DNA of 32,246 nt from a virus (taxonomy: Duplodnaviria > Caudoviricetes): positions 1-32,246 of the IMG/VR virus record IMGVR_UViG_3300014818_000018; one strand, given 5' to 3'. Under the pieces are notes generated by a model that saw nothing but the letters and a program-made list of their open reading frames with translations, did not search any database and was not told the DNA's origin. The first letter of the stretch is position 1. The number at the start of each line of letters is the position of its first letter. Below are positions 1 through 8,067 of the stretch, in pieces. The position numbers and the translations under genes are program-made.

Positions 1-2
1 CA

Positions 3-839
3 GCGACTAACAGCACAAGCATTACGCTGACTGCTGCTGCTGAGAATGGCGACCAAGTTGTTGTCGTATCTTATGCTACGTTCCAGACCAGTGACACTGT
101 GAGTGCATCTGCTGGTGGTACGTTTAGCAACGCCATTACGTCTACTGCTGCTGGTACTGCACTTAACCTTGACCGCACAGGCTCAGACGGGACTATCCTT
201 GATCTGAAGAAAGACGGCTCCACGGTGGGGAGTATTGGTAATTACGGCACGGAATTATACTTAGGCAGCACAGGTGGGACTGATGCTTTCATCAGGATGG
301 GTTATGATACCGTAGCACCTGCTAATTCTTTGGGGAATAATAGGGATGCCGCAATCAATCTTGGAGCGTCTAACAACCGCTTCAAAGACCTCTACCTCTC
401 TGGCGGTGTCTACCTTGGCGGCACTGGGTCGGCCAATAAGTTGGATGACGTAGAAGAGGGTACTTGGACGCCTACTTTAAGTGAAGGTACTACTAACAGC
501 ACACTTAAGGGCCACTACTACAAGGTAGGGAGTGTTGTTCATTTTACCCTACGTGCCGTTTATTTGAATGAAAGGGCTTCTACAGGTCAGATAACATTTC
601 AAATGCCTTTCACGGCTAGCTCATATAATAGTATGGGTGTGAATTGCCGCAACATAGCCTTCATACGTTATACCAATCTTGATTCTGGGTATACCTACGT
701 CAACGGGGCAATATCTGATGGTAACAATCAAATGTTTCTAGAGCAGTTAGGTGATTACAAAACCAACATCCCGCTAAGATATGACCAACTAGACAGCGCC
801 TATAACTGGATAGAGGTTTCTGGGCAATACTTTGTTTAA
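3..839 (+). CDS. Tail fibre / receptor-binding protein, 5'-truncated by the window edge
   Basis: The frame of ORF 99..839 is open back to nt 3 (ATNSTSITLTAAAENGDQVVVVSYATF...). It carries LGASNNRFKDLYLSGGVYLGGTGSANKLDDVEEGTWTP, a typical marine phage fibre shaft/tip junction. The N-terminal part resembles ORF 1152. Confidence 0.8.
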   Translation, partial: ATNSTSITLTAAAENGDQVVVVSYATFQTSDTVSASAGGTFSNAITSTAAGTALNLDRTGSDGTILDLKKDGSTVGSIGNYGTELYLGSTGGTDAFIRMGYDTVAPANSLGNNRDAAINLGASNNRFKDLYLSGGVYLGGTGSANKLDDVEEGTWTPTLSEGTTNSTLKGHYYKVGSVVHFTLRAVYLNERASTGQITFQMPFTASSYNSMGVNCRNIAFIRYTNLDSGYTYVNGAISDGNNQMFLEQLGDYKTNIPLRYDQLDSAYNWIEVSGQYFV

Positions 840-843
840 CCAC

Positions 844-872
844 CCCTGTTGGATCACAGGGTAGTCAGTCCA
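844..872 (+). promoter_or_regulatory. Predicted intercistronic H-type RNA pseudoknot (PK-A)
   Basis: CCCUG-U-UGGAU-CA-CAGGG-UAGUCA-GUCCA. S1 is 844-848 with 857-861; S2 is 850-854 with 868-872. Same geometry as the element at 22454-22482. Confidence 0.6.
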
Positions 873-896
873 TAAACCATCATAGGAGATAAACCG

Positions 897-1148
897 ATGG
901 CACTAACAGAAACAACACTAGACGATAAGATCGAAGTCGTAGGCGAGTTTAAGCACGTACAGGTACGCACTGCCCGTGTAATCTACGACAGTGGCACAGA
1001 GATCAGCCGCAGCTTCTCACGTCGTGTCATTGCACCAGATGCTGACATCACAGGCGAAAGCACAGAGCTACAGGCGATCTGCAATGCAGTACACACAGAC
1101 GAGGTTAAGGCTGCTTACGCTGCACACATCGCTGCACAGGAGGTCTAA
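897..1148 (+). CDS. Small fibre-associated protein (83 aa; putative fibre partner/chaperone)
   Basis: AGGAG RBS at 884-888. DKIEVVG..HVQVR...EISRSF.R.V is a family I recognise downstream of EEGTWTP-type fibres. Confidence 0.7.
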   Translation: MALTETTLDDKIEVVGEFKHVQVRTARVIYDSGTEISRSFSRRVIAPDADITGESTELQAICNAVHTDEVKAAYAAHIAAQEV

Positions 1149-1151
1149 ACT

Positions 1152-1604
1152 ATGTCAGGATACATTGGCACACAGCCAGTACCACAGGCTACCCAGACAC
1201 GGGATAGCTTCACTTGTACAGCAGGTCAGACCAGCTTCGCTACTGGTGGCTACACTCCCACGTACCTAGACGTGTACCTCAACGGTATCTTCTTGGCTAA
1301 CGGTGCTGACTACACAGCAAGCAACGGCTCAGATGTAATCCTGACAGCAGGTGCAGCAGCAGGGGACATCCTTGAGGTTGTAGCTTACACCACGTTTGAA
1401 GTGGCTAACGTCTCAGGCGGTGGCATGTTCAAGGGTGACAACGGTACTGTAGGCTCTCGTGCAGGAGACATCTTCCGCATTAACGAGCAGACCCTCAACA
1501 CAAACACAACCATTGACGCAGATGAAAACGCTTCTTGTGCTGGTCCTTTGACCCTCGCAACAGGCGTTACCCTGACAGTCAATGGCAACTTAACGGTGGT
1601 ATAG
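1152..1604 (+). CDS. Tail fibre connector/structural protein (150 aa)
   Basis: MSGYIG..P start; LDVYLNG...DYTASNGSDVILTAGAAAGD beta module, paralogous to the N-terminal part of 3..839; C-terminal NAS.AGPLTL..GVTLTV module. Confidence 0.7.
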   Translation: MSGYIGTQPVPQATQTRDSFTCTAGQTSFATGGYTPTYLDVYLNGIFLANGADYTASNGSDVILTAGAAAGDILEVVAYTTFEVANVSGGGMFKGDNGTVGSRAGDIFRINEQTLNTNTTIDADENASCAGPLTLATGVTLTVNGNLTVV

Positions 1605-2153
1605 ATGGCAGGCACACTAACAGTACAAAACTTACAAGGCCCGTCATCTGGGGCTAATGCTAATAAGATTATCGTTCCTAGTGGGCAGACTTTGGATGCT
1701 AGTGCGGGGTTTGTGCCTCCTGCGGGAAGTGTTGTGCAGGTAGTGCGAGAGTATTCCGCATCTGGCGGTCACATTGCCACCTCAAGTACATCCTTAGCGG
1801 CGTCGGGACTTACAGCGACGATAACACCTAAGTATAGCGACAGCTTGATTTTAGTCGATTTTACAACCGCAATGGCATACGTATCATCAACAGCAGGTCA
1901 CATACGTGCGGTAATGTATCAGTCAATAGGTACGGGGTCTCGTTCCGCTATGGCGGGGGCAAGTCTTTATCATGTTGGTTATAGGGAGGCTAATACTGGC
2001 TACGGCCCTATGGCGTTTGGGGGAAAGTACACAGCCTCTAGCACCACCTCACTCACTTTTGAGCCGTACTTTTTAGCAGGTAGTGCGGCTGGTGTTTATA
2101 TTGTACACAGTAGCAGTTCATGGGGCATGACTTTGACGGAGATCAAACAATGA
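1605..2153 (+). CDS. Small fibre-tip/adhesin subunit 1 (182 aa)
   Basis: N-terminal TLTVQNLQ, internal PAGSVVQVV, ITPK.S.S.ILV, C-terminal LTEIKQ; beta-rich; lies in the tail cluster. Confidence 0.65.
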   Translation: MAGTLTVQNLQGPSSGANANKIIVPSGQTLDASAGFVPPAGSVVQVVREYSASGGHIATSSTSLAASGLTATITPKYSDSLILVDFTTAMAYVSSTAGHIRAVMYQSIGTGSRSAMAGASLYHVGYREANTGYGPMAFGGKYTASSTTSLTFEPYFLAGSAAGVYIVHSSSSWGMTLTEIKQ

Positions 2154-2635
2154 GTACGCTATATGTAGATAACCTAGAGCCTAACTTGGGTAGCCAAGTA
2201 GAAATACCTGACTTGAAGCCGTTGGCGGGTAGTGTTGTGCAAGACGTAGTGGGATACAATGATACACAATACGCTTCTCCTGCCACGTCGGTATACGTTG
2301 ATACATTTTCTTTTTCTATAAATAACTGCATCGCAGGTTCGCATGTTATTGTTGAGTGCGACCCCGCAGGTTTGATGGAAAATGCTGGTAACGTCACATA
2401 CGTTATTTTCAAAGGCTCGACTGAGTTAGGACACACTAGGCACAGCGGCACGGGCAACGGCGGATGGCGTACCGCCCCTACTATGATACGGGGTACGGAT
2501 ACAAATGTTACATCTGGCACGAACACATACACGCTAAAATTCTACTCTACTGGCCCCTATATGTACCTTAACTACAATTACCCTGACGGGTATCGTTGTG
2601 TGAGTAGCTACAGAATGACGGAGATCGCACAATGA
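2150..2635 (+). CDS. Small fibre-tip/adhesin subunit 2 (161 aa; start revised from 2120 to ATG 2150)
   Basis: ATGA overlap with the upstream stop; GGAG upstream; MSTLYVDNLE, AGSVVQ and MTEIAQ make it a paralogue of 1605..2153. Confidence 0.65.
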   Translation: MSTLYVDNLEPNLGSQVEIPDLKPLAGSVVQDVVGYNDTQYASPATSVYVDTFSFSINNCIAGSHVIVECDPAGLMENAGNVTYVIFKGSTELGHTRHSGTGNGGWRTAPTMIRGTDTNVTSGTNTYTLKFYSTGPYMYLNYNYPDGYRCVSSYRMTEIAQ

Positions 2636-3114
2636 CCAGCATATTAAAAGTCGATACTCTACAAACGGCTGCGGGTGGTGTACCTACTGTGGGTGACTTG
2701 GGTGTTTCTGAAAACCCCAAGGCTATTTTTTATGCCTACCCTCCCAGCAACATCTCAGGTTCTTCTGCTGCGTGGCTGAAAATATCTAGCGGCCTCACGA
2801 TAGCCGTAGATAACGATAGCGCTTGGGATGACGCTAATTATCGCTGGGTCGCCCCTAGAGACGGCAATTACCAGATACAAGTAAATCATTTAAGCAATGG
2901 GCAGGCACACAGTGCTGTTTATTTGAACGGTTCGTCTATGCGAGGCAATCATCAAAGCCACTCTCGCCAAGGCGAAACAGGGTACAATGCGACTTCGGGG
3001 ATAAATAACATTATCTCATTAACGTCTGGGGATTATATAGAGTTTTATAACTACCTAGCTGGCGGTTACATCTACTCAGGTACATATTCAGCTTTTTCAA
3101 TTACACAGCTTTAA
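2632..3114 (+). CDS. Small fibre-tip subunit 3 with C1q-like jelly-roll (160 aa)
   Basis: MTSILKVDTLQ start. WD..NYRWVAPRDGNYQI...YLNG...ISLTSGDYIEFY...FS matches the C1q-like pattern F..P..G.Y.F...L..GD.V. Confidence 0.6.
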   Translation: MTSILKVDTLQTAAGGVPTVGDLGVSENPKAIFYAYPPSNISGSSAAWLKISSGLTIAVDNDSAWDDANYRWVAPRDGNYQIQVNHLSNGQAHSAVYLNGSSMRGNHQSHSRQGETGYNATSGINNIISLTSGDYIEFYNYLAGGYIYSGTYSAFSITQL

Positions 3115-3128
3115 CAAGGAGCGATAAA

Positions 3129-3512
3129 ATGACAACAGTTTCAAACGCACTAACAGAACTAGGCGTCACAGAGTGGGTACTCCGTGGCGAACCGACAACC
3201 GAAGCAGAGTTTGGCACTATGTTTGCCAAGGTCACTGGCGCAGATGCCAATGGCACAGCTATTGAGAGCAGCGACCCTGCTGACTGGGGTACAACATGGG
3301 CGGCTGTAGTAGCCAAGCGTGATGCACTCATCGCAGAAGAACCTCTCAAGCTACTACGTGCAGAACGTGACCGCTTGATTGCAGCTACTGACTGGTGGGC
3401 TGGCTCAGACCGCACGATGACAGCGGAACAGACAGCATACCGTCAGGATCTACGTGACATCACTTCCAGTGCAACATCACTAGATGACGTGACGTGGCCT
3501 GTAAAACCATAA
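3129..3512 (+). CDS. Tail fibre assembly chaperone-like protein (127 aa)
   Basis: AAGGAG RBS; C-terminal LRAERDRLIAATDWW...YRQDLRDIT...WPVKP chaperone signature. Confidence 0.8.
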   Translation: MTTVSNALTELGVTEWVLRGEPTTEAEFGTMFAKVTGADANGTAIESSDPADWGTTWAAVVAKRDALIAEEPLKLLRAERDRLIAATDWWAGSDRTMTAEQTAYRQDLRDITSSATSLDDVTWPVKP

Positions 3513-3524
3513 GGGGTACTCGCT

Positions 3525-3572
3525 ATGACTAAAGCAAGAGATTTAGCTGCACAGGAGTTGGGCAATGAGTAG
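3525..3572 (+). pseudogene. 15-aa mini-ORF MTKARDLAAQELGNE (collapsed fibre cassette remnant)
   Basis: TAAGGGG RBS at 3510-3516, ATG at 3525, TAG at 3570-3572 overlapping the next ATG by 8 nt. MTKARDLA is a common N-terminus of marine phage fibres. Confidence 0.6.
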
Positions 3573-4338
3573 ATCACGGGCAAGACTAGCCGCAGACTGG
3601 TTCGCAAAGCTGCGACAGAATGCAGTGACGCAGGAGATCGAACATACGGATGTTGTGGATGCTGAGACTGAGGCTCTGGAGGCAAAGGCTGACGCCGCCG
3701 CTGTCGGTATCGTTGTCGGGCCTACAGGACCTCAAGGTCCTCAAGGGGCTACAGGACCTCAAGGTCCTCAAGGGGCTACAGGTGCTGATGGTGCTGATGG
3801 AGTGCAAGGTGCTGCAGGTCCAGCTGGTTCCACAGGTCCAGCTGGTCCAGCAACTTATAATGCCAGTTCCCTTAGTGGGTACTCAATCACCCCTCAGAAC
3901 AGAAACAACACCGCAAACAGAGTAGTACGCACACAGGCTAGTGGCTATGTAGAGTTTGGTTGGATTAACACTACATCTGGTGACACAAGTAGTAGCCTAT
4001 CCAGAGTGTTTGTTGATACGGGCGATGGTTACATGCGTAAATCTACTCTGGCTCACCTCAAGAGTCAGGGGGGCTTCGGTGCTAGTACAACCGCTGGTGA
4101 TGTTGGCACTTATGCTATGCTTATGAGAACGTCTGGTGGATCAACTATTTCAGCAGGTTCTACCTACGCAGGTAGCGGTCTTAGATATTCTGGAGTTAGA
4201 GTGGGTTACAATGCGTATCATGAAGCATATAGCCCAGGTAGCATCGGAAGTACTGTTTCAGGAACATGGAGAGCTATGGGTAAGACATGGAACAACAGCG
4301 GTATTCACCCTTTAAACATCTTTGTTAGGATTTCTTAA
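3565..4338 (+). CDS. Collagen-like tail fibre protein (257 aa)
   Basis: 15 Gly-X-Y triplets (3718-3852); fibre-type motifs ANRVVRT..SGY..FGWINT.SGD and VGTYA...SGTWRAMG...FVRIS. Confidence 0.8.
   Translation: MSRSRARLAADWFAKLRQNAVTQEIEHTDVVDAETEALEAKADAAAVGIVVGPTGPQGPQGATGPQGPQGATGADGADGVQGAAGPAGSTGPAGPATYNASSLSGYSITPQNRNNTANRVVRTQASGYVEFGWINTTSGDTSSSLSRVFVDTGDGYMRKSTLAHLKSQGGFGASTTAGDVGTYAMLMRTSGGSTISAGSTYAGSGLRYSGVRVGYNAYHEAYSPGSIGSTVSGTWRAMGKTWNNSGIHPLNIFVRIS
3722..3782 (+). repeat. Exact 27-bp tandem repeat (about 2.3 copies) in the collagen region
   Basis: ctacaggacctcaaggtcctcaagggg at 3722-3748 and 3749-3775, followed by ctacagg. Confidence 0.95.
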
Positions 4339-4752
4339 ATGAGCATTATAATCACAGAAGTCCGCAATGCGGCATCTTTACAATCTGACAACCTTCGTAT
4401 GGACGTAGAGATTAACCACCCACAACACGGTTGGATACCATACACAGTAGACCCTGCTGATACTGACACAACCATCGACAATACTGCTGTCATGGCTTTG
4501 ATTGGCTCTAACTTTGCAGCTTACGTTGCACCGACACAGGCAGAGCTAGACGCAGCACTTGCGTCAGAGGTTCGTGCTGATCGGGATGGACGTCTTGCAG
4601 AAGTAGATGCTATCGCTGGTAACGCATTGCGTTGGGCTGACCTTACATCCGCCGAGCAAGCTGAGTGGTCTACATACCGTCAAGCACTATTAGACGTACC
4701 ACAACAGGCTGGCTTCCCGAATAATGTCGTGTGGCCTGTTAGGCCGACTTGA
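4339..4752 (+). CDS. Tail fibre assembly chaperone-like protein (137 aa)
   Basis: DVEINHPQHGWIPYT N-terminal motif; VRADRDGRL...W..YRQALLDVPQQAGFPNNVVWP C-terminal signature. Confidence 0.85.
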   Translation: MSIIITEVRNAASLQSDNLRMDVEINHPQHGWIPYTVDPADTDTTIDNTAVMALIGSNFAAYVAPTQAELDAALASEVRADRDGRLAEVDAIAGNALRWADLTSAEQAEWSTYRQALLDVPQQAGFPNNVVWPVRPT

Positions 4753-4753
4753 C

Positions 4754-4816
4754 GTGACGAAGAATATCATGCGGCAGGTTGATGCTGGCACACTTACAAT
4801 ACAGGATGCTGATTAA
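4754..4816 (+). pseudogene. C-terminal gene remnant (V)TKNIMRQVDAGTLTIQDAD
   Basis: Open frame from GTG 4754 (ATG 4769) to TAA 4814-4816, overlapping the next ATG (TAATG). IMRQV.AGTLTIQDAD resembles the C-terminus of a small fibre-partner family (from memory, not searched). Confidence 0.55.
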
Positions 4817-5496
4817 TGATCTTTGGTAGCTCTCCCTTTTCGATTAACGCCTTTGCTAGTACTGCAGAGACACGCTTTGACGTTCAGGGTGTAGCTGCCA
4901 CTGCATCCACTAATTCTGTTGTAACAGTATCTGCAGCTAACACGTCTATCGTAGGCGTTACATCTACTACTACAGTAGGTAATGTTGTAACGATAGCTAA
5001 GGCTGTAACACTTAGTGAGTCTGTATCTGCTACAGCTTCTCTAGGAACAACTATTGTCATTGCTAAGGCTGATGTACTACCTTCAGGGGTTGACTCTCAA
5101 GGTCTTATCGGTACAACTACAGTCTCAGGCCTAGCAAATACATCCGTGACAAGCCCAGCGCTTTCTGTTACACTTGGTAGTGCAGAGACTATTGCTGAAG
5201 CCGTAGTAGTAGCGGTAGGTGTAGCAGCTAACATTAATGCAGGTGTTGTTGAAACTCGTACTACTAACGTATTCGAGATTAGCTCTGTACCACTAAACAT
5301 CTATACGAAACGACCTGCAGTTGATGCGGAGCAGTTTGACTACGCTTCACTTAAGGATAGTTATAGCAGGAACAGGGTAGTCTACGTAGAGGCTACTTCA
5401 CAGAGATTTACTGTCCTAGTCCCTGCAGATCACGCACAAAGAACCGTACACATTGAGGCTCCTAACACGGATAGAGTTGTCCGTATAGCAGCATAA
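4816..5496 (+). CDS. Virion structural protein, V/T/S/A-rich (226 aa)
   Basis: MIFGSSPFS..AFA N-terminus; low-complexity beta-repeat composition; tail cluster context. Confidence 0.6.
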   Translation: MIFGSSPFSINAFASTAETRFDVQGVAATASTNSVVTVSAANTSIVGVTSTTTVGNVVTIAKAVTLSESVSATASLGTTIVIAKADVLPSGVDSQGLIGTTTVSGLANTSVTSPALSVTLGSAETIAEAVVVAVGVAANINAGVVETRTTNVFEISSVPLNIYTKRPAVDAEQFDYASLKDSYSRNRVVYVEATSQRFTVLVPADHAQRTVHIEAPNTDRVVRIAA

Positions 5497-5507
5497 GGAA
5501 CATACTG

Positions 5508-5825
5508 ATGTCATACAAATGGCCTGATAAAGATAAAGATGAGATATTAGACTACAGTGTAGACTGGTCACGTTTCTTGGGTGATGATAACATATCTGGT
5601 GTAACTTGGTACATCAACGATGCTTCTGGTGTTAAGACCGAAGTAGACGCTGCAGACGTAGTAAATGGTTTGCAGATGGTACAGAAAACTAATACACTGA
5701 ACGTAGCCACTATTCGTCTTTCCTTAGGAACTAACAACATACGTTATACTATTACGTGTAAGGTTACTTCTGTAGAAGGCTTGCAGTATGAGCGGTCTAT
5801 CTTTGTACGTGTTAAGGAGAAGTAA
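5508..5825 (+). CDS. Putative fibre-tail adaptor (105 aa)
   Basis: TAAGGA RBS; KD.DE.LDYSVDW..FL and Y.ITC...T..G...ER motifs. Confidence 0.6.
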   Translation: MSYKWPDKDKDEILDYSVDWSRFLGDDNISGVTWYINDASGVKTEVDAADVVNGLQMVQKTNTLNVATIRLSLGTNNIRYTITCKVTSVEGLQYERSIFVRVKEK

Positions 5826-5827
5826 GA

Positions 5828-6517
5828 ATGGCATATGATTTCATTGGTTTGGTTAATGATGTTAACCGCCGCCTTAACGAAGTAGAACTAACTACAGCAA
5901 ACTTCGCTGGTGCACAGGGTTACTATAACTTGACTAAGGATGCAGTTAACGCATCTATGCGTCATATCCATCAGGAAGAGTTTGAGTGGCCGTGGAACCA
6001 TGCTGAGGAAGAAGAGATTCTAACTCCTGGTGAAGTTCGCTATAGTATGCCTTACAACAGTAAGACAGTTAACATGAACAGCTTCCGTATTAAACGGGAT
6101 GAAGCTTTAGGTATTGGTACTAGCAAGCTAAAAGTGCTAAACTACGAAGAATATCTTGACAAGTATGTGGATGCTGAGTATAACTCTGGGGAAGATGTAA
6201 GAGGTGTACCTAAGTTTGTTGTTCGTGCACCTAGTCGTGAACTTCTCTTTGTTCCATCACCTAAAGATGCATATGAAGTAGTCTATGAATACTACGCTAC
6301 GGGTGTAGACATGACTCTTTTCTCAGATGTCCCTGAAATACCTGAACAGTATCGCCACACCATTGTAGACGGTGCTATGTATTACGCATACGTATTCCGT
6401 GGTGATATGCAAGCAGCAGGCTTATCAGAGTCTAAGTTTAAGGCGGGTATTAAGAATATGCGTTCTGTTAACATTAACCGCACTGAGTACCTTCGAGATA
6501 CACGAGTACACTACTGA
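5828..6517 (+). CDS. Head-tail adaptor / tail tubular protein A-like (229 aa)
   Basis: LVNDVNRRLNE, EWPW, P.P..AYEV.YEYY and D.PEIPEQY...IV.GA motifs; lies directly before the nozzle-like gene. Confidence 0.7.
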   Translation: MAYDFIGLVNDVNRRLNEVELTTANFAGAQGYYNLTKDAVNASMRHIHQEEFEWPWNHAEEEEILTPGEVRYSMPYNSKTVNMNSFRIKRDEALGIGTSKLKVLNYEEYLDKYVDAEYNSGEDVRGVPKFVVRAPSRELLFVPSPKDAYEVVYEYYATGVDMTLFSDVPEIPEQYRHTIVDGAMYYAYVFRGDMQAAGLSESKFKAGIKNMRSVNINRTEYLRDTRVHY

Positions 6518-8052
6518 TGGCTACTAATTGGCAGACATTCCCTATTGAGTTTAAAGGTGGTCTCATCTCTAATCTCAGCCCTCTTCAGCAGGGTGCAAAT
6601 GCTGTTGGTTCTGCTACTATCCTGCAGAACTTCGAGCCTGCACGTTCTGGTGGTTACACTAAGCTGCAGGGTTATGTGAAAGCAGATGATGCAGTAGTAC
6701 CTGGTTCAGGGCGTGTTCTGGGTGTTAAAGTAGTTAACCCTAGTGAGTACATTGCAGCTAGAAGTAATGGTTCTGTCACAGAGTACCACCTGTCAACAGG
6801 AAGCGGCTGGTCTAGCTTAGGTACTACAGCACTTGCTGGTGGTAAGATTCGTAGTACAGAGTATAACTTTGGTGCGGGTCACTTTGTAATCTTTGTAGAT
6901 GGGACTAATGCTCCTAAACTGTACAATGACACAACAAACACTCTCTCAGACATCACCTCAAACACAGATATACAGGGTGCTGAGCAGGTAGCGATCTTTA
7001 AGAATACAGTGTTTTTCTCTAAGGGTTCTAATCTTTATTTCTCTGCTCCCTCTAGCTCTACAGACTTTAGTTCCGCTAATGGTGGCGGTGTTATTAACGT
7101 AAGTCACGGCATTACAGGTCTTATCTCTTTCCGTGATCAACTTATCATCTTTAGCCGTAACAACATTCAACGTCTCTCAGGTACAACATTAGCTGACTTC
7201 CAACTCAGTCCTATTACTGAGAGTATTGGTTGTCTTGACCCTGATACCATCCAAGAGGTTGGCGGTGACGTTATGTATATGTCACCTGATGGTATTCGTC
7301 TCCTAGGTGCTACGGATCGTATTGGTGACTTTGCACTTGAGGTTGCTTCTGACCCTATCGCTGATGACGTTTATAAGTTTGCTCAGAGTACTTCTAACTT
7401 TTGCTCTATCGTTGTTCGAGAGAAGGCACAGTATCGCATCTTTGCTTACACAGAATCAGAACAGTCTAAGGTTGCTCGTGGGTTGCTTGTAACTAAGTTC
7501 TCTAACCAAGGTGCTGAGAGTATGGCATGGGGTGAGAGTTCAGGTATTAAAGCCTACGTAGCGGATTCTAAGTACACATCTTCTGCAGAAACTATTGTGT
7601 TTGCTAATGAAGACGGTTATCTTTACCAAATGGAGCAAGGATCTAGCTTTGATGGTGCTTCCATTGAGGCTATTTATGAATCTCCTTACATGCCTATCTC
7701 TGACCCACAGATACGTAAAACATTCTACAAGTTAACTTCTTACATTGATCCTAAGGGTTCATTCTCTTTAGACTTATCAACTAAGTATGACTTTACACGA
7801 GCTAATAACCAGAACCTGATTCAACCTGCTTCTACGACTATTACCAGTACGGGCTTGGCAGTATCTTTCTACGGGGCTGTTGTTTCTCGTTACAACACTG
7901 CTACATATGGTGGTGAGCTAGACAAGGTTTATCAGAATCAGATCATCGGCTCAGGCAAGACTATTTCAATCCGTATTGAAGATAACTCAACAAACCCTTC
8001 ATTCACACTAGATACTGTTCTACTAGAGTTTACTCAGAATGACAGGCAATAA
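6517..8052 (+). CDS. Tail nozzle / tail tubular protein B-like (511 aa)
   Basis: F.GGL N-terminus; propeller-like repeats (LYFS, ITGL..FRDQLIIF, IGC..PDTIQEVGGDV.Y.SPDGIR); podovirus synteny. Confidence 0.75.
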   Translation: MATNWQTFPIEFKGGLISNLSPLQQGANAVGSATILQNFEPARSGGYTKLQGYVKADDAVVPGSGRVLGVKVVNPSEYIAARSNGSVTEYHLSTGSGWSSLGTTALAGGKIRSTEYNFGAGHFVIFVDGTNAPKLYNDTTNTLSDITSNTDIQGAEQVAIFKNTVFFSKGSNLYFSAPSSSTDFSSANGGGVINVSHGITGLISFRDQLIIFSRNNIQRLSGTTLADFQLSPITESIGCLDPDTIQEVGGDVMYMSPDGIRLLGATDRIGDFALEVASDPIADDVYKFAQSTSNFCSIVVREKAQYRIFAYTESEQSKVARGLLVTKFSNQGAESMAWGESSGIKAYVADSKYTSSAETIVFANEDGYLYQMEQGSSFDGASIEAIYESPYMPISDPQIRKTFYKLTSYIDPKGSFSLDLSTKYDFTRANNQNLIQPASTTITSTGLAVSFYGAVVSRYNTATYGGELDKVYQNQIIGSGKTISIRIEDNSTNPSFTLDTVLLEFTQNDRQ

Positions 8053-8067
8053 TAAGGAATACCTCTG

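Noticed and set aside
844-861. Intrinsic terminator after the first fibre gene
   Set aside because: A hairpin is present but there is no U-tract, and the loop pairs with downstream sequence instead.
837-897. Pseudoknot-stimulated readthrough fusing the fibre to the 83-aa gene
   Set aside because: The genes share a frame, but a second in-frame TAA at 873-875 intervenes; at PK-B the downstream gene is out of frame.
3-4752. Diversity-generating retroelement or invertase shufflon acting on the fibre genes
   Set aside because: No reverse transcriptase or recombinase in the window, no long template/variable repeat pair differing at adenines, and all cassettes are on one strand with no inverted repeats seen.
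4749-4777. sigma70 promoter starting at TTGACG
   Set aside because: No plausible -10 element at 16-18 nt; the region reads better as a gene remnant.
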